DNA from: Squalus acanthias
Lineage: Eukaryota
DNA: 64,000 nt
Direction of reading: 5' to 3'
Assembly: GCA_030390025.1 (NCBI GenBank)
Contig: CM059431.1
Coordinates: 104,906,001 to 104,970,000 of the forward strand
Shown: positions 39,126-51,894 of the stretch, piece after piece
How positions within the stretch are numbered: position 1 is the first letter of the stretch
Layout of the letters: every line of letters starts with the position of its first letter
The notes under the pieces: generated by a model
Told to the model about the DNA's origin: nothing
What the model saw: the letters and a program-made list of their open reading frames with translations, nothing else
The model's database searches: none
Translations under genes and position numbers: made by a program

Positions 39126-39604
39126 CTTGGGTGGGATTTGGTAAAAATAAAAATATTTTGTTTTGTACAATTCCAATGCCGTACAGTTGCCAATAAATAG
39201 TTTTCTTTTACAAAGATGTAAAAGTTAAAGAAGCCAAACTATTGAAAAAGAAATACTAAAGGAAGAACAATTAGATGTGGAAACAGAATAAATGGAAAGT
39301 GAAGGAAAACAAATGACACTGCCGAGAACACGAATCAGCACAAAGCACATATTCGCTAATATTCAGCAAATATTTAGTTAATGATGATCTGGCTGAATCA
39401 CTCCCTTGAATTAAGTCCCCTCAATCGCTAATGCATTTTAGGAAAATAAACACTTAAATTGGCTGCTATGTTTCCTACATTGCAAATGAGAGAGCCATTC
39501 TAAAGTGCTTCATGGCTGTTGAGTACTTTGGGAAGTTCTGAGATTGTGGACGGAGCTTTATCAATACAAGTTATTTTCTTATTTGAAGAATAATATTGAT
39601 GAAG

Positions 39605-40010
39605 AAATGATGAGGGACTTCAGTTAGGTAAGAGAGACTAGAGAAGCTGGGATTGTTCTCCTTCGAGCAGAGAAGGTTAAGGAGAGATTCAATAGAGGTG
39701 TTCAAAATTATATGGAATTTTGATAGAGTAGATAGGGAGAAACTGTTTCCAGTGGCAGGAGGGTCAGTAACCAAAGGACACGGATTTAAAGTAATTGTCA
39801 AAAGAACCAGAGGGGACATGAGGAGATTTTTTTTATGCAGCGAGTTGTTATGCAATGCCTGAAAGGGTGCTGGAAGAAGATTCAATACTAATCTCCAAAC
39901 GGAAAAATACTTGAAGGGGAATGAGCTGAGGAATATAGGATAGCTCTTTCAAAGAGCTGGCACAGGCATGATGGGCCAAATGGCCTCCTTCTGTGCTGTA
40001 TCATTCTAAG
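39605..40010 (+). mobile_element. CR1 LINE 3' fragment
   Basis: FS.EQRRLR.D.IEVFKI..DRVDREKLFP..TKGH motif and tail. Confidence 0.88.
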
Positions 40011-40245
40011 AAATGTTCCACTCATTATGTTCTATAATTCGGATAGAATCATAGAAGTTACTGCACAGAAGGAGGCTCTTTAGCTCATTGCACGTGCTAG
40101 CTCCTGGAATCCTTTTTACATTCTTCTTTTTCAAATACATTGCAATTCAAATGCAGAGTGTCTATTGACACCAGCGCGTCAGCCAATGTGTTGCACTGTG
40201 TCAGCCAATGATTTGAAGGCTAGGCGGGACTTAAGGCAGGACTCA

Positions 40246-40676
40246 TAGAACCATAGAGCAGGAGTAGGCCATTTGGCCCGTCGAGCCTGCTCCACCATTC
40301 AATACGATCATAGCTAATCATCCAAATCCAGTACCCTGTCCCTGCTTTCTCACACAGAATCCCCATCGAGCCTGCACCGACACATATCCCACCCTATCCC
40401 CGTAACCCCACGTATTTAATTCCCCCTAACATATCCCATCCTATCCCTGTAACCCCACATATTTAATCCCCCCCTAACACTAAGGGTCAATTTATCATAG
40501 CCAAATCAACCTAACCCACACATTTTTGGACTGTGGGAGGAAACCGGAGCACCCGGAGGAAACCCACGCAGACACGGGGAGAATGTGCAAACTCCACACA
40601 GACAGTCACCCGAGGCCAGATTCGAACCCGGGTCCCTGGTGCTGTGAAGCACCAGTGCTAACCACTATGCTACCAT
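40246..40676 (-). mobile_element. HE1-like V-SINE fused to a CR1 3' tail
   Basis: SINE head at 40676, V-domain, ~50-bp internal duplication, CR1 tail 40246-40350; flanked by GACTCA(T/C)AG at 40240 and 40677. Confidence 0.82.
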
Positions 40677-41356
40677 GACTCACAGCAAACAGTCTATTTT
40701 ACAGCAAACAGAGTCTATTTAAACAGCGCATGACATCAAACAGTCTACAGAGTCTATTTAAAAATAATCTCCCACAAACTTCCACAAACAGAACTCATGA
40801 ACGAAACTACAGCAAAGTCTCCTGATGAAAGCAGGGAGATGTCTCCAGAAAAATGCAGTGAGCGGAGGATGGTTACGCAATACGAATGATGTGCGTAAAA
40901 TCAATCCCAGTTACTTGCAGCAGTGCGGTGTCCAGGCGTGATTGGCGGGGGAATTACCCAGGCATCTCCATTCTGGCCGGGACTTGTGGCGTCACTCTAG
41001 GCAGCCATTAAAAATTACGTGATTTGCTGGAGTTTTCCGCACCTGCACTCGCCAACCATTAAAGTGAATAGGCGGAAAATTGGAGGCTGGTAGACACAAG
41101 CGGGAAAGCCCAGCCACCGTCTCTGCCTCAGTTGCACCTGAGCTAAAGCATTCCATGTTCTAATAACCATCAGTGTCTTCTGATTCCTTCCTTTGTTCTT
41201 CTCGTGGCAATCCTGAACCTATGCCTCCTAGTTACTAATTTGCCAAAACAGTGGAAACAATCTTTCACCGCGTATCTTCTCAAAACCTTTCAGGACTTTG
41301 GCAACCTCAATTACGTCCCCTTTAACCTTCCCTGTTCCAGTACAAGAAAAAACAAT

Positions 41357-41962
41357 GGGATAGAAATTGCTCTTCGTTGCTCCCCTTTTCTGAACAGAAA
41401 ATGGGAGTAATAAAGACCGATTTCACTGGCTATGCCCTGTGCACCAAGTCCACCTGAAAAACATCCAACGCCATATTGGCTTTGGATGATTTTCAGGCGT
41501 CCAGGGTGATAGCCTAAAATAGGCATTAGTCCCCTTGCATAGCCTAACAAGGGGCCTAATACCTGTTTTAGGACCGCCATGAGAAGTTGGGCTGTCCTGA
41601 GCAGAGCAGGCATCAAGCCTCAGGATTTTTCAGCCTAGCAAGTGGCCGCCACCGCAAAAGTAAGCTTAATTGTGTTTTAAATTCATGTGGAGCCAAGAGC
41701 AACAGGAGCGCTCCTCTCGACTCCACAGCACTCCTGATGGCCATTGCCTTTTTCCGTGATCGCCCCCGCCGCACCCGCTGTCCTCCCACCTCCCCGCCAC
41801 TTACCTGAGGGCTTCCGCTCGCAATGGGCGCATGTGGGCGCAGTTTGCCCACACGGTTTAGATGAGGCCCAATTTTGGGTGGTCCTCGGGCCCAGGGCCT
41901 CCCGGTTTGGGCGCGTGCTGTCTGCCCAGTGCCATGAACGGGCCTAGACGCAGTTTTACCCC
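41357..41962. mobile_element. Probable Harbinger-type MITE inside a degraded CR1 fragment
   Basis: Ends GGGATAGAAATTG / CAGTTTTACCCC, GC/CpG-rich interior; CR1-like flanks ~41140-41350 and ~41965-42030. Confidence 0.55.
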
Positions 41963-43194
41963 ACAAACATCTGAGCCTTTCTTCATAACTAAAACATCGC
42001 ATTCCTGGTATCCTTCTAGGAACTGACACAGTGCACAAAAAAATCCTAATTGTTTCACTGTTTCCTATACTTTTCTTGCTGTGTTCCTGCTCTTGCACAG
42101 GGAAATTATTAAGTGAAAGGGAAGTTATTAAAGGGAAAGAAGAGCAGCATACAGAAAAATACGAATTTTGATGTGGCAGCGCTCTCTGAGAAGATACTAG
42201 GGGCTAGTCCAACTGGGAATAATTGTTATTTCATAACTTTATAAGCCACTGATCCCTCATCTTCAAAATTGCAGAATTCCGTGACTATCTTGCTATCTAC
42301 AGTTTCTGAGACACAATGGGGTATATACTGTGGTCAGCCATCCACTGCAATTGATATACGGTTTATAATTCACGAGCTGCTCGGAATGAAGAAATGGCTA
42401 TGGGTATGAGTCCTTATTGGTGATAGATATAATGCTGCCTTTAATGGGTTGTAGGTAATCATGTTTTATTGCAATGAGGGTTTATGCACAATTTGAGAGA
42501 GGGACAAAATGAAACAGTAATTTTATGATAATTATCAAATTAAGTTAAAACGAAGTATGAAAATAACAGGTCTCGACTGTGCTATTATTTACAGTTCAAT
42601 TAAATAATTGTGGAACATGAATATTTAAATAGTACTCTGCTCTAATGTGTTATTGTTTTGTGGCTAGGGGTACAGGGATAATTATCTTTGAATTCTATTC
42701 AAAGAATTCTAGATTATTACTTTTTTAAACTCATTTATGTACTTAGACACAGCGACACAACGTTCATTACGACACAAGCACCATATCTTGAATGTTAATC
42801 AAGATTCGGAGGGCTAGCTGGGGGTCAAGGTCTTAAAAGTTGTGCTCAAATGAAACAAGGCAAACCCATTTATCAAAAGCTGGGCTCAGCCTCTGAGGAA
42901 AGTGTAGGAATCAGTTCACCAATAAACTCACCTCGCTGTCTGACTGTCTTGCTGTCACGCCTGATCAGTTTTGTCATTATACTGATCCCAACCTGCTGTA
43001 AAATAATTGATCTGGACAGCATTTCTAGATATACATTTTGGTTCCTCATTAATGGGAGAAAATGAAGTTGTCCAAATCTTTAACTTTTATTTCTGTTGAG
43101 GCTGATCTGCCGGTAACATTTACCTATATGTCTTTTAGAGTCAATAGAAGCTCCTGGGTGGAAACATGACATCAATTTAAGTAGGAATGGCATC

Positions 43195-44285
43195 CTCTGT
43201 GTTTCGGAAGAGACGTTAAACCAAGGCCCCGTCTGCCGTCTCAGGTGGACATGAATGATCCCATGGCACTATTTCAAAGAAGAGCTAGGGGAGTTATCCC
43301 CAGTGTCCTGGGCCAATAGTTATCCCTCAATCAACATCACTAAAAACAGATTATCTGGTCATTATCGCATTGCTGTTTGTGGGATCTGGCTGTGCGTGAA
43401 TTGGCTGCCACGTTTCCTACATTACGACAGAGATTACACTTCAAAAAGTACTTAATTGGCTGCACAATATTTTAGGATGTCCTGAGGTTGAGAAAGATAT
43501 TGGGCCAGAAATTCGGCTCCCTGGCTTCCCGCGGGTGCAAGGATCGCGCGCGCACCTACCTACCGTGCCTGCCGTTGACCTCTGGGCCCACGGGGCCTTC
43601 AGCTCCTGGGCCTCCTGCAGCTGCCGGCGCGCAGTGCTTGTGTATCCCAGGGGCGTAGTTAGTGCGATGCATCCCCTGGGATCACGTGGGCCATGGAGCG
43701 CCAATGGCAGCAGACCATCTTTCATTCATAGATTTGACAGGAAGACCTGTCAAATCTATGAATTGAAATCGGCCTCAAAACACCTAAACTTCAAATAATT
43801 TTTTTTAAAAATCACATTTTTAAAATAATTATAAGTTAAATAAATTAACTACTTTAAACAAAAATTTAAATTTTTGAAAAAATTAAAATACTTTTTAACA
43901 GTGCTAAAAATAAACTTACCTTTCTTTAAAGTATCTAAAAAAGATAAACTTGTTGAAAATGTTTTTAAATTATAATTAATTAACCACTTACCTTGTTAAA
44001 AACGGATCTTGCGCCTCCTTTTTAAAAGCGCAGCTTCTTCCATACTTACCCTCCCGGAGAAACCTGAAAAAAAACCGAAGTTCGCTGCGTGCGCGCAGCC
44101 TCTCCCACGCACGCAGTTCACCTCTGCACCCCTCCCTTCACGAGACCAGAAGTTCCGGTTTCCCGCGCATGTGCAGTGCATGCAGGAAACTGGCACTTCA
44201 GGAGGCCTTACGGGTGAGTACACAGCGCGTACTCACCCGGCAAGTGCCGAATTTCTGGCCCATTGTATAAGTGCAAGTCTTTCAA
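43195..44285 (+). mobile_element. DeuSINE split by a MITE
   Basis: Tail gatgtcctgaggttgagaaagatatt continues as gtataagtgcaagtctt across the insertion. Confidence 0.8.
43502..44261. mobile_element. Harbinger-type MITE
   Basis: Perfect 16-bp TIR GGGCCAGAAATTCGGC, 3-bp TSD ATT, GC-rich ends with AT-rich core. Confidence 0.9.
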
Positions 44286-45323
44286 CTCTTTCTGTATATT
44301 TATTTCAACATTCAATCTAAAATATACTTTCGAAACTGTTCCAACAAACCTTTGTGAAAATGGAGTTTTATTAGCACCGTTAAGTTATTTCACTTACCCT
44401 TGCGCTGACCCCGTTCACCCACAAAACAATTCTGTCCACCTTAATGTAATTGGATTCTTCCTGAGGTTAAGAATAATAAGAGATTTATTTTAAAATGGTG
44501 TCCAACTCAAAATGGAGGCCCTGAAATAAGTTGGTACGGTGGAGCAGCTTTGAAATTGGAATGAGCCATTAGAGAACCAAAGGAGATATTTATGGCCAAG
44601 GTTCACAGGAAGTAAACTGACTCGGGATACCTGCTGGTAAGGATTGAGGACTAAATGGATAAAACATTCCCACATATTGGAATGGTCTGACCGCATCACG
44701 CAACCCACTCCCCTGGAAACAAACCAATGCCCTGCCACCTCGTATAAAAAGCACACGGTGGTTCTCCAAGACTGGGGAAGTTTGGCACCTCCCCAAACCA
44801 CAGAGGTTACCATAACAACAGATGTCCAAATATGCAAGAGTTAGGAAAAGATGTTTTAATTCTCTCTCTCTCTCTCTCTTTCTGCAGAACAGCCACCTCG
44901 CTGCGCAAGGCGCTGTAGAGGGTTCAGCGTTAGGCCAAGTGTAACCATCATGAATCCCAGAGGAAGAGAGGAGAGTACAGTGGGAGAGCCGAGTACAGCT
45001 GTTTGCTTTCCACTAAAGTCACCTCTTGCTCTTACGAATCGTCTGGTTACTGCTTGAGTACGAGCAGGTCACTGTGGAATTTGGAGTGTACAGTGGCATT
45101 GGACATTACAAATCAGGTACAGTGCTCAAACAGGAATCAAATTCATTGTCTGTAAATAAATACAATGACCTTTTTTGTAGTTTCACTTCCATCACTGATA
45201 CTACAATCATAATCCAAGCTGATTCCACTCTGAGGCTACATTGCCCATGGAATACTTACCCAACCTCAGGACATGGTGTATTTTATTGAGGGGCAGGAAA
45301 TAGGAATCTTTTCCAGTAACTCC

Positions 45324-45775
45324 TCAACAACAACTTGCATTTATATAGCGCCTTTAGTAAATCGTCCCAGGGTGCTTCACAAGAACGTTATCAAACACAT
45401 TTGACACCGAGCCACATAAGGAGATATTAGGACAGGTGACCAAAAGCTCGGTCAAAGCGGTAGGTTTTAAGGAGCGTCTTAAAGGATGGGGAGAGAGGTA
45501 GAGAAGCAGAGAGGTTTAGGGAGGGGATTCCAGAGCTTAGGGCCGAGGCCGCTGAAGGCGGAGCGATGGAATCAGGGATGTGCAAGAGGCTGGAATTGGA
45601 GGAGCGCAGCGATCTCGAAGGATTGTAAGGCTGGAGGAGGTTAAAGAGAAGGGAGGGCCGAGGCCATGGAGAAATTTGAAAACAAGGATGATAATCTTAA
45701 AATTGAGGCATTGCCAGACCAGCAGCCAATGTAGGTCAGCGAGCACAGAAGTGATGGGTGAACGGGACTTGGTGC
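45324..45775 (-). mobile_element. L2 LINE 3' fragment
   Basis: LADLHWL..FKI.ILVFK motif and tail. Confidence 0.88.
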
Positions 45776-46139
45776 ATTACCGCCACTACTGGGCTGGAGA
45801 TATGAAAAAAGGCTCCTTAAACTATTTGGACTGATATACAAACCAGGAACCAGACAGGTTGGGATTGTCAACAAACAATTATACCCAGACTTAAGTTACA
45901 ATGGAAAGTCCAACTTTGGAAGTCAGAGGGTGCTGTTCCGAACTAATGGTCGTTACCTTCACAATTCTAGAAAACACCGATTTTGGCATTAGTAATATCC
46001 CATTCATCTGCAAGGTCTGCAAAGTTCTTAGGTGGCTGAGGTGCCCATCATCTCCAAACGGAAATATTTATTCGGAGAAAGTCAACCTTGAATAATAGCT
46101 CCTTTGAACCTCAGAGCAATATGGAGAGCTGTAACTACA

Positions 46140-46380
46140 CGTTTGAGGAACAGAATGTATTAGGCAGGTCTAGTGTTGAACTTGCTACCACAGGGAGTGA
46201 TTGAGGTGAATAACATGGATGCATTCAAGGGGAAACTAGATAAGTACAAGAGAGAAAAGTATAGAAGGTTATGATGATGGGGTGAGATGAAGTAGGGTGG
46301 GAGGAGGCTTGTGTGGAGCATAAACACTGGCATGGACCAGTTGGGCCGAATGGCCTATTTCTGTGCTGTAAATTCTATGT
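46140..46380 (+). mobile_element. CR1 3' fragment
   Basis: gcattcaaggggaaactagataag..gggccgaatggcctatttctgtgctg tail. Confidence 0.8.
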
Positions 46381-47029
46381 AGTTAGTGAGATCTACCATT
46401 ACTTGCAACCACTAGCAATGCACTAAGTTCTCAAGTATTTATGTATTTTTAAACTCCCCAACTATAAAAGGAAACAAGAATGAAAATCAAAGGCATGTTC
46501 CAGCAAGTCCACTGGACACCCCATTTCTCATGCGCTTGGCTGGGTGTGGAGGCAATACTTTTACACCCAACTGCTCCCTAGGGAACCCAATTTTAGAAAA
46601 ATTTACCGCACCGAAATGGCATTTGGAACTAAACCTAAAAATAAATATCCAAGCACGCCACGTCACCAAAGGATCAAATACGCCAGCTTTATCAGATCAT
46701 CAATGCATCTTTAGGCACCTTGCAACCTGTAGAGTCCCGAATGATTTACATTCTACCATGGCCCGAGAAAGTGTATCCAATATCTACAGCTCCAGAAATT
46801 GTCAGCTATTTTGAGGCAATGTTTCGGGGGGTGGGAAGGAGGTTAGAGATCAACATTTTCTGCTGAAAACAAGCAAAGTTCCACAAAACCTGCCACTCTT
46901 CACTTGCATACTTTGCTTTTAATATTCATATTCAGAATTGGCTTCAGAGGATGAAAATTGAAGACCCTCCAAAGTCAAATCCAAATTTGAGGCAAGTTTC
47001 ATTTGACCAGAACGATTTATTTGGCTTAA

Positions 47030-47713
47030 AGGGTCAAATTATGAAAACAGGCTGCATAGACTAGGCTTGCGTTGCCTAGAAGATTAACGGAGTGATCTAA
47101 TTGAGGTGTGCAAGATGATTAAAGGAGTTGATAGGGGAGATAGCGATAAACTATTTCCTCTGGTGGGGGGAGTCCAGAACAAGGGGGCATCACCTTAAAA
47201 TTAGAGCCAGGCCGTTCAGGGGTGATGTCAGGAAGCACTTCTTCCACACAAAGGGTGGTGGAAATCTGGAACTCTCTCCCCCAAAATGTTGTTGAGGCTG
47301 GGGGTCAATTGAAAATTTCAAAACTGAGGCTGATAGATTTCTGTTAGGTAAGGGCATTAGGCAGGGGAGTTATCCCTGGTATCCTGGCCAATATTTAGCC
47401 CTCAATCAACATGACTAAAACAGATTATCTGGTCATTATCAAATTGCTGTTTGTGGAAGCTTGCTGCGTGCAATTTGGCTGCCGCGTTTCCTACATTACA
47501 ACAGTGACTACACATCAAAAAAAAAGTACTTCATTGGCTGTAAAGCACTTTGGGACATCCGGTGGTCGTGAAAGGCGCTATAGAAATGTAAGTCTTTTGT
47601 TCTTTTATTAGGATTATGAAAGCAAGGTGGAAAGATGAAGTTAAGCTACAGATCAGCCATGATCTAATTGAACGGCAGAACAGGCTCGAGGGGCTGAATG
47701 GCCTCCTCCTGTT
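47030..47713 (+). mobile_element. CR1 3' fragment with nested DeuSINE fragment (47361-47605)
   Basis: CR1 sequence resumes after the SINE; ATTAGG occurs at both junctions. Confidence 0.82.
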
Positions 47714-48253
47714 CAAAACAAAATAAGCTGATCACTTATCCCTATTCAGCAGGGCAATTCTCCAGTTTTCCTATGATAATAAGTGAGAATTTGTTTGGCT
47801 CATCTCCTTCCTCCCCTGTGCTCCAGATTTACATTTGCTGTGCACCTTCAACACAATGCAATAACCGGGCCAGCGCAAGTGGCAGGGAGCGATTTAATCC
47901 AATCAGGTTTTCACAGTAAAAGCTTTTGCCGCTTTCCTTTGGTTCTTATCAGGGTTTGCCAAGCAGGAGGCTAGTAAAAAACAGCATCTCACATAAATCT
48001 TCCCGCAGAGTTAAACTGAAAATCAAAAGTCAGCACATATGTCAAGCAGGTAATTTACTACTGCCCGCTCAGTGTGTGAGCTGGCTTGGGGGCAGGGGAA
48101 AGGGAGCCTTCATTATAAACCTGCAGCTTTGTCATCAGCCGAGATCATGCACACAATCTCAATGCACTCGCAAGGTAATGAAGTAGTACAGCCAGCCTCC
48201 TGCACTCTATGGAAGGCATATTTGTATCCGTATACATTCTTATTGGTGACAAT

Positions 48254-49423
48254 GGCCGAGAGTTTCTGCTGGTTTTTGCTGGTTCAACTCGCCTGAAACA
48301 GGCCAAACCAGCGCAAAAGATGGTGGAATTTTAAATCGAGTCCCCCGCGATCTTTAACGCTTGTTTAAAAACCACCACGGCCAAAGCCGGCCCCTCCCAC
48401 AATACCGGCCATGCCCCCAGATTTGGTCTCCTTACCTAAGAAAGGATATACTTGCCATAGAGAGAGTGCAGCGAAGGTTGACCAGACTGATTCCTGGGAT
48501 GGCAGGACTGTCATATGAGGAGAGATTGGGTCGACTAGGCCTGTATTCACTAGAGTTTAGAAAAATGAGAGGGGATCTCATTGGAACGTATAAAATTCTG
48601 ACCGGGTTAGACAGACAGGAAGCAGGGAGGATGTTTCCCCTGGCTGGGGAGTCTAGAACGAGGGGTCACAGTCTCAGGATACGGGGTAGGACATTTAGGA
48701 CTGAGATGAGGAGAAATTTCTTCACTCAGAGGGTGGTGAACCTGTGGAATTCTCTACCACAGAAGGCTGTGGAGGCCAAGTCACTGAATATATTTAAGAA
48801 GGAGATAGATAGATTTCTAGACTCAAAAGGCATCAAGGGGTATGGGGAGAGAGTGGGAATATGGTAGTGAGATAGAGGATCAGCCATGATCATATTGAAT
48901 GGCGGAGCAGGCTCGAAGGGCCGAATGGCCGACTCCTGCTCCTATTTTTTTAGATCAGAACACTGAGGATGGCAAGTTTCCACCGATTGCGTCCGTCCTG
49001 GAGCCTCTTCAAATTAAGGTTTTTTTGGGGCGGGCGGGTGCAAATTATTTAAAACGATTTAATTTACCAAGAAACTGACCACTGTACCCCAATGATACTA
49101 GTAAATGGTTCTGTATAGTTTTTTTTAAGTCATTCTCGGTTATTTAAAATCAGGTTACTCAATAAAAATGCTTACATTTTGGTGATAAACCCAATTTCAG
49201 CTGTATTAATAAAACTGCACCAGGTTACTGCTCTTAAACACATCAAGCAATACTTTTTAATGCAAGTGAAAAGCACTGGTTCGTGGAAGGTTTTAAGTTT
49301 GTGATTATGCAAATGGGTTTGAGCGGAAACTTGAGCCTTAACTTCACTTCGGAAAAACAGCGCAATTACAAGTGCAATTTGCGTCCGGATTCCCCATTGC
49401 GCCCAAAGCGGAAACTCTACCCC
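48254..49423. mobile_element. Harbinger-type MITE (relative of 3051-4217) with nested CR1
   Basis: TIRs GGCCGAGAGTTTCTGCT / AGCGGAAACTCTACCCC; TSD AAT at 48251-48253 and 49424-49426. Confidence 0.8.
48418..48950 (+). mobile_element. CR1 LINE 3' fragment
   Basis: WSPYLRKDI..RLGLYSLEFRKMRGDLI..RNFFTQRVVNLWNSLP. Confidence 0.93.
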
Positions 49424-49437
49424 AATGGATATAATTC

Positions 49438-49820
49438 ACCCTGATTTAAAATTCTCATTTTCCAATCCCTCCATGGCCTCGTCCCTCCCTATCTCTGTGA
49501 ACTCCACCAGTCCTACAACCCTCCAAATTCTCTGCGCTCCTCCAGTTCTGGTCTCTTGTACATTTCAGATTTCCATCGCTCCAGCTTCAGCTGCCTGGGC
49601 CCTAATCTCTGGAATTCCCTCCCTAATCCTCTCCGCCTCTCTACCTCTCTCCTCCTTTAAGACACTCCTTCGAACCTACCTCTTTGACCAAGCTTTTGGT
49701 CACCTGTCCTAATATCTCCTTATGTGGCTCAACATCAAATTGAGTTTGATAACGCTCCTCTGCAGCACCTTGGGACATTTTATTACTTAAGAGGTGCTAT
49801 ATAAATCCAAGTTACTGTTG
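49438..49820 (+). mobile_element. L2 LINE 3' fragment
   Basis: SSFKTLLRTYLFDQAF motif and tail. Confidence 0.85.
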
Positions 49821-49844
49821 ATCTCCAGTCTCTTCCATTACGAC

Positions 49845-50297
49845 CTGCATTTGAATAGCATCTTATTATAGTGCTTCACATACAGTGAATTACATTGAAA
49901 TTCAACAACTGTTGCTATGTAGGAAAACACAAATGGCATTTTGACTAAGGGAGGAACACTACTATAATATGTCTGTTGACCATTCACCATCTGAAGGACA
50001 GTCTCTCCATTCCTTTAGTGCTGCACTGGGAGTGTCAGCCTAGATTTTTGTGCTCAAGTCTCTGGAGTGGGAACTATGAACCCAGTAACCTTCTGACTCA
50101 GAGGCGAGAGTGCTGCCCACTGAGCCACGGCTGACCTGCTAACCAGCAGCAAGAGTGCAAACAGTTTGTGGGAGCTTGCTGTGCACAAATTGGCTGCCGC
50201 GTTTGCTACATTCCAACAGTGGCTACACTTCAAAAGTACTTCATTAGCTGTAAAGCGCTCTGGGATGTCCTGAGGTCATGAAAGGCGCTGTATGAAC
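49845..50297. mobile_element. DeuSINE fragments (minus 49845-50135, plus 50165-50297)
   Basis: Match family head and tail. Confidence 0.72.
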
Positions 50298-50420
50298 GTT
50301 TTTTTTTTAACAGTTGAATCAAACTAACATCCATTGTGGTTAACACTCAACAATATCTACAGCAGAAGTATTAATGAGAATGATGCAATCACTGCAAAAC
50401 CTATTGAGTAGTCATCAATA

Positions 50421-50656
50421 CAGAAAATGATGGAAATACTCAGCAGGTCAGGCAGCATCTGTAGAGAGAGAAACAGAGTTAACGTCTCAGGTCGATGACC
50501 CTTCGTCAGAACTGTTCTGACGAAGGGTCATCGACCCGAAACGTTAACTCTGTTTCTCTCTCTCGCTACAGACGCTGCCTGACCTGCTGAGTATTTCCAG
50601 CATTTTCTGTTTTAATATCAGATTTCCAGCATCTGCAGCATTTTGCTTTTGTGTTG
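50421..50656. mobile_element. Palindromic Penelope-derived insertion with back-to-back hammerhead motifs
   Basis: Inverted arms centred on T50513; TSD GAGTAGTCATCAATA / GAGTAGTAATCAATA (50406-50420, 50657-50671). Confidence 0.88.
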
Positions 50657-51029
50657 GAGTAGTAATCAATATTTAGATGCTGTAAATTAATACAGTAATA
50701 AAGAATAGATGTTTGTGGATTACATGTTAGTAATCGAATCGAGAAGATTAGGTGGAATTGCAGAGTGTAATAACAAAGTGTAAGCATTTTACTATTCAAC
50801 AGAACCCGAGCACTGGATTACTGCCTGCCCTTCACTGACGGGCATTCATAAAGTAAGACTTGCAATTCTACAGCGCCTTGCATGATGTCAGGACGTCCCA
50901 AAGCGCTTTACAGCCAATGAAGTACTTTATGAAGTGCAGTCGCTGTTGTAATGTAGCAAATCTAGCATTGTTTGTCCTCTATAGAGATTCTAACTTTCCA
51001 GCAGTTGCTTCAGCTCATCTTGCAAATTG

Positions 51030-51099
51030 ATGCCAAGTAACGCAGGAACTCCCAAGATACTAGGCTGTGAAGTGCGATATCAACCTTGCAGGATACCAG
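51030..51099 (+). other. Candidate exon (coding part) of an unidentified transcript
   Basis: ATG at 51030, open to donor CAG|GTATGT (phase 1); pyrimidine-rich acceptors upstream at 50984, 51001 and 51004. Confidence 0.3.
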
Positions 51100-51306
51100 G
51101 TATGTAAGTTGATAAAATAGAGAGAAGTTGACCAAAGATCATTTATTGAAAACTGCCATTTTTTTTGTTGTTCCCATTTAAGATCTCAGAAAAAAAAAGT
51201 CTACGTTATATCAGTATTTGGAATACATGCGAGCCAAGTAAAAGATACACGTATAACCTAACTGAAGAATAACGCTTGCTACAAATTAATTTTAAAATCT
51301 TTTCAG

Positions 51307-51351
51307 AGAGCACGGAAATGTCTGATCATCTCTATTACAACCTGCTGGAAG
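51307..51351 (+). other. Candidate 45-nt symmetric phase-1 exon
   Basis: aaatcttttcag|..|gtgaga; open frame ESTEMSDHLYYNLLE. Confidence 0.38.
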
Positions 51352-51894
51352 GTGAGAAAATGTATGCCGCTAAATGTATTTGAACGCACTTACACTTGGC
51401 ATTGCAAAGCAAGCCTTTTCTGTTGCTATGCGCAATTCTCCCAATTCACGATCAGGCTACTGGTGTACACACAGAAGATGCATCATGAGGAACCAGATGA
51501 TAGGATTTATATTCCGCGGTGCTATATTTTATATCCCATGGCTCCTCATCATTTGGTCTGTTTGTACTGCATGTTAGGCAAGTAATTAAAATTAAATTGA
51601 TAAAAATTAGGAGCAAATTTTAATTCTAAATGGGAACTAAATTGATGCGCAGATTGTAGAGTTGCATTTTTTTTATGAGAGTACCATCTGTTCGCAGTTC
51701 TGATGTCATCTCCATACAAATAAAATTCAGAAAGATGATGCCATCAGATCTAGTATGATATGAATTTATTCCTGCATTTCCCAGATAGATTTTCTGTATT
51801 TTTCTTGTGTTCACATTGATGAAAAGACTTGTAGAGCAAGTTTGAAACCGTGACATTGCTCTAATTTGTTCAGAAGCTAAAAGTAAAGGCTCTT

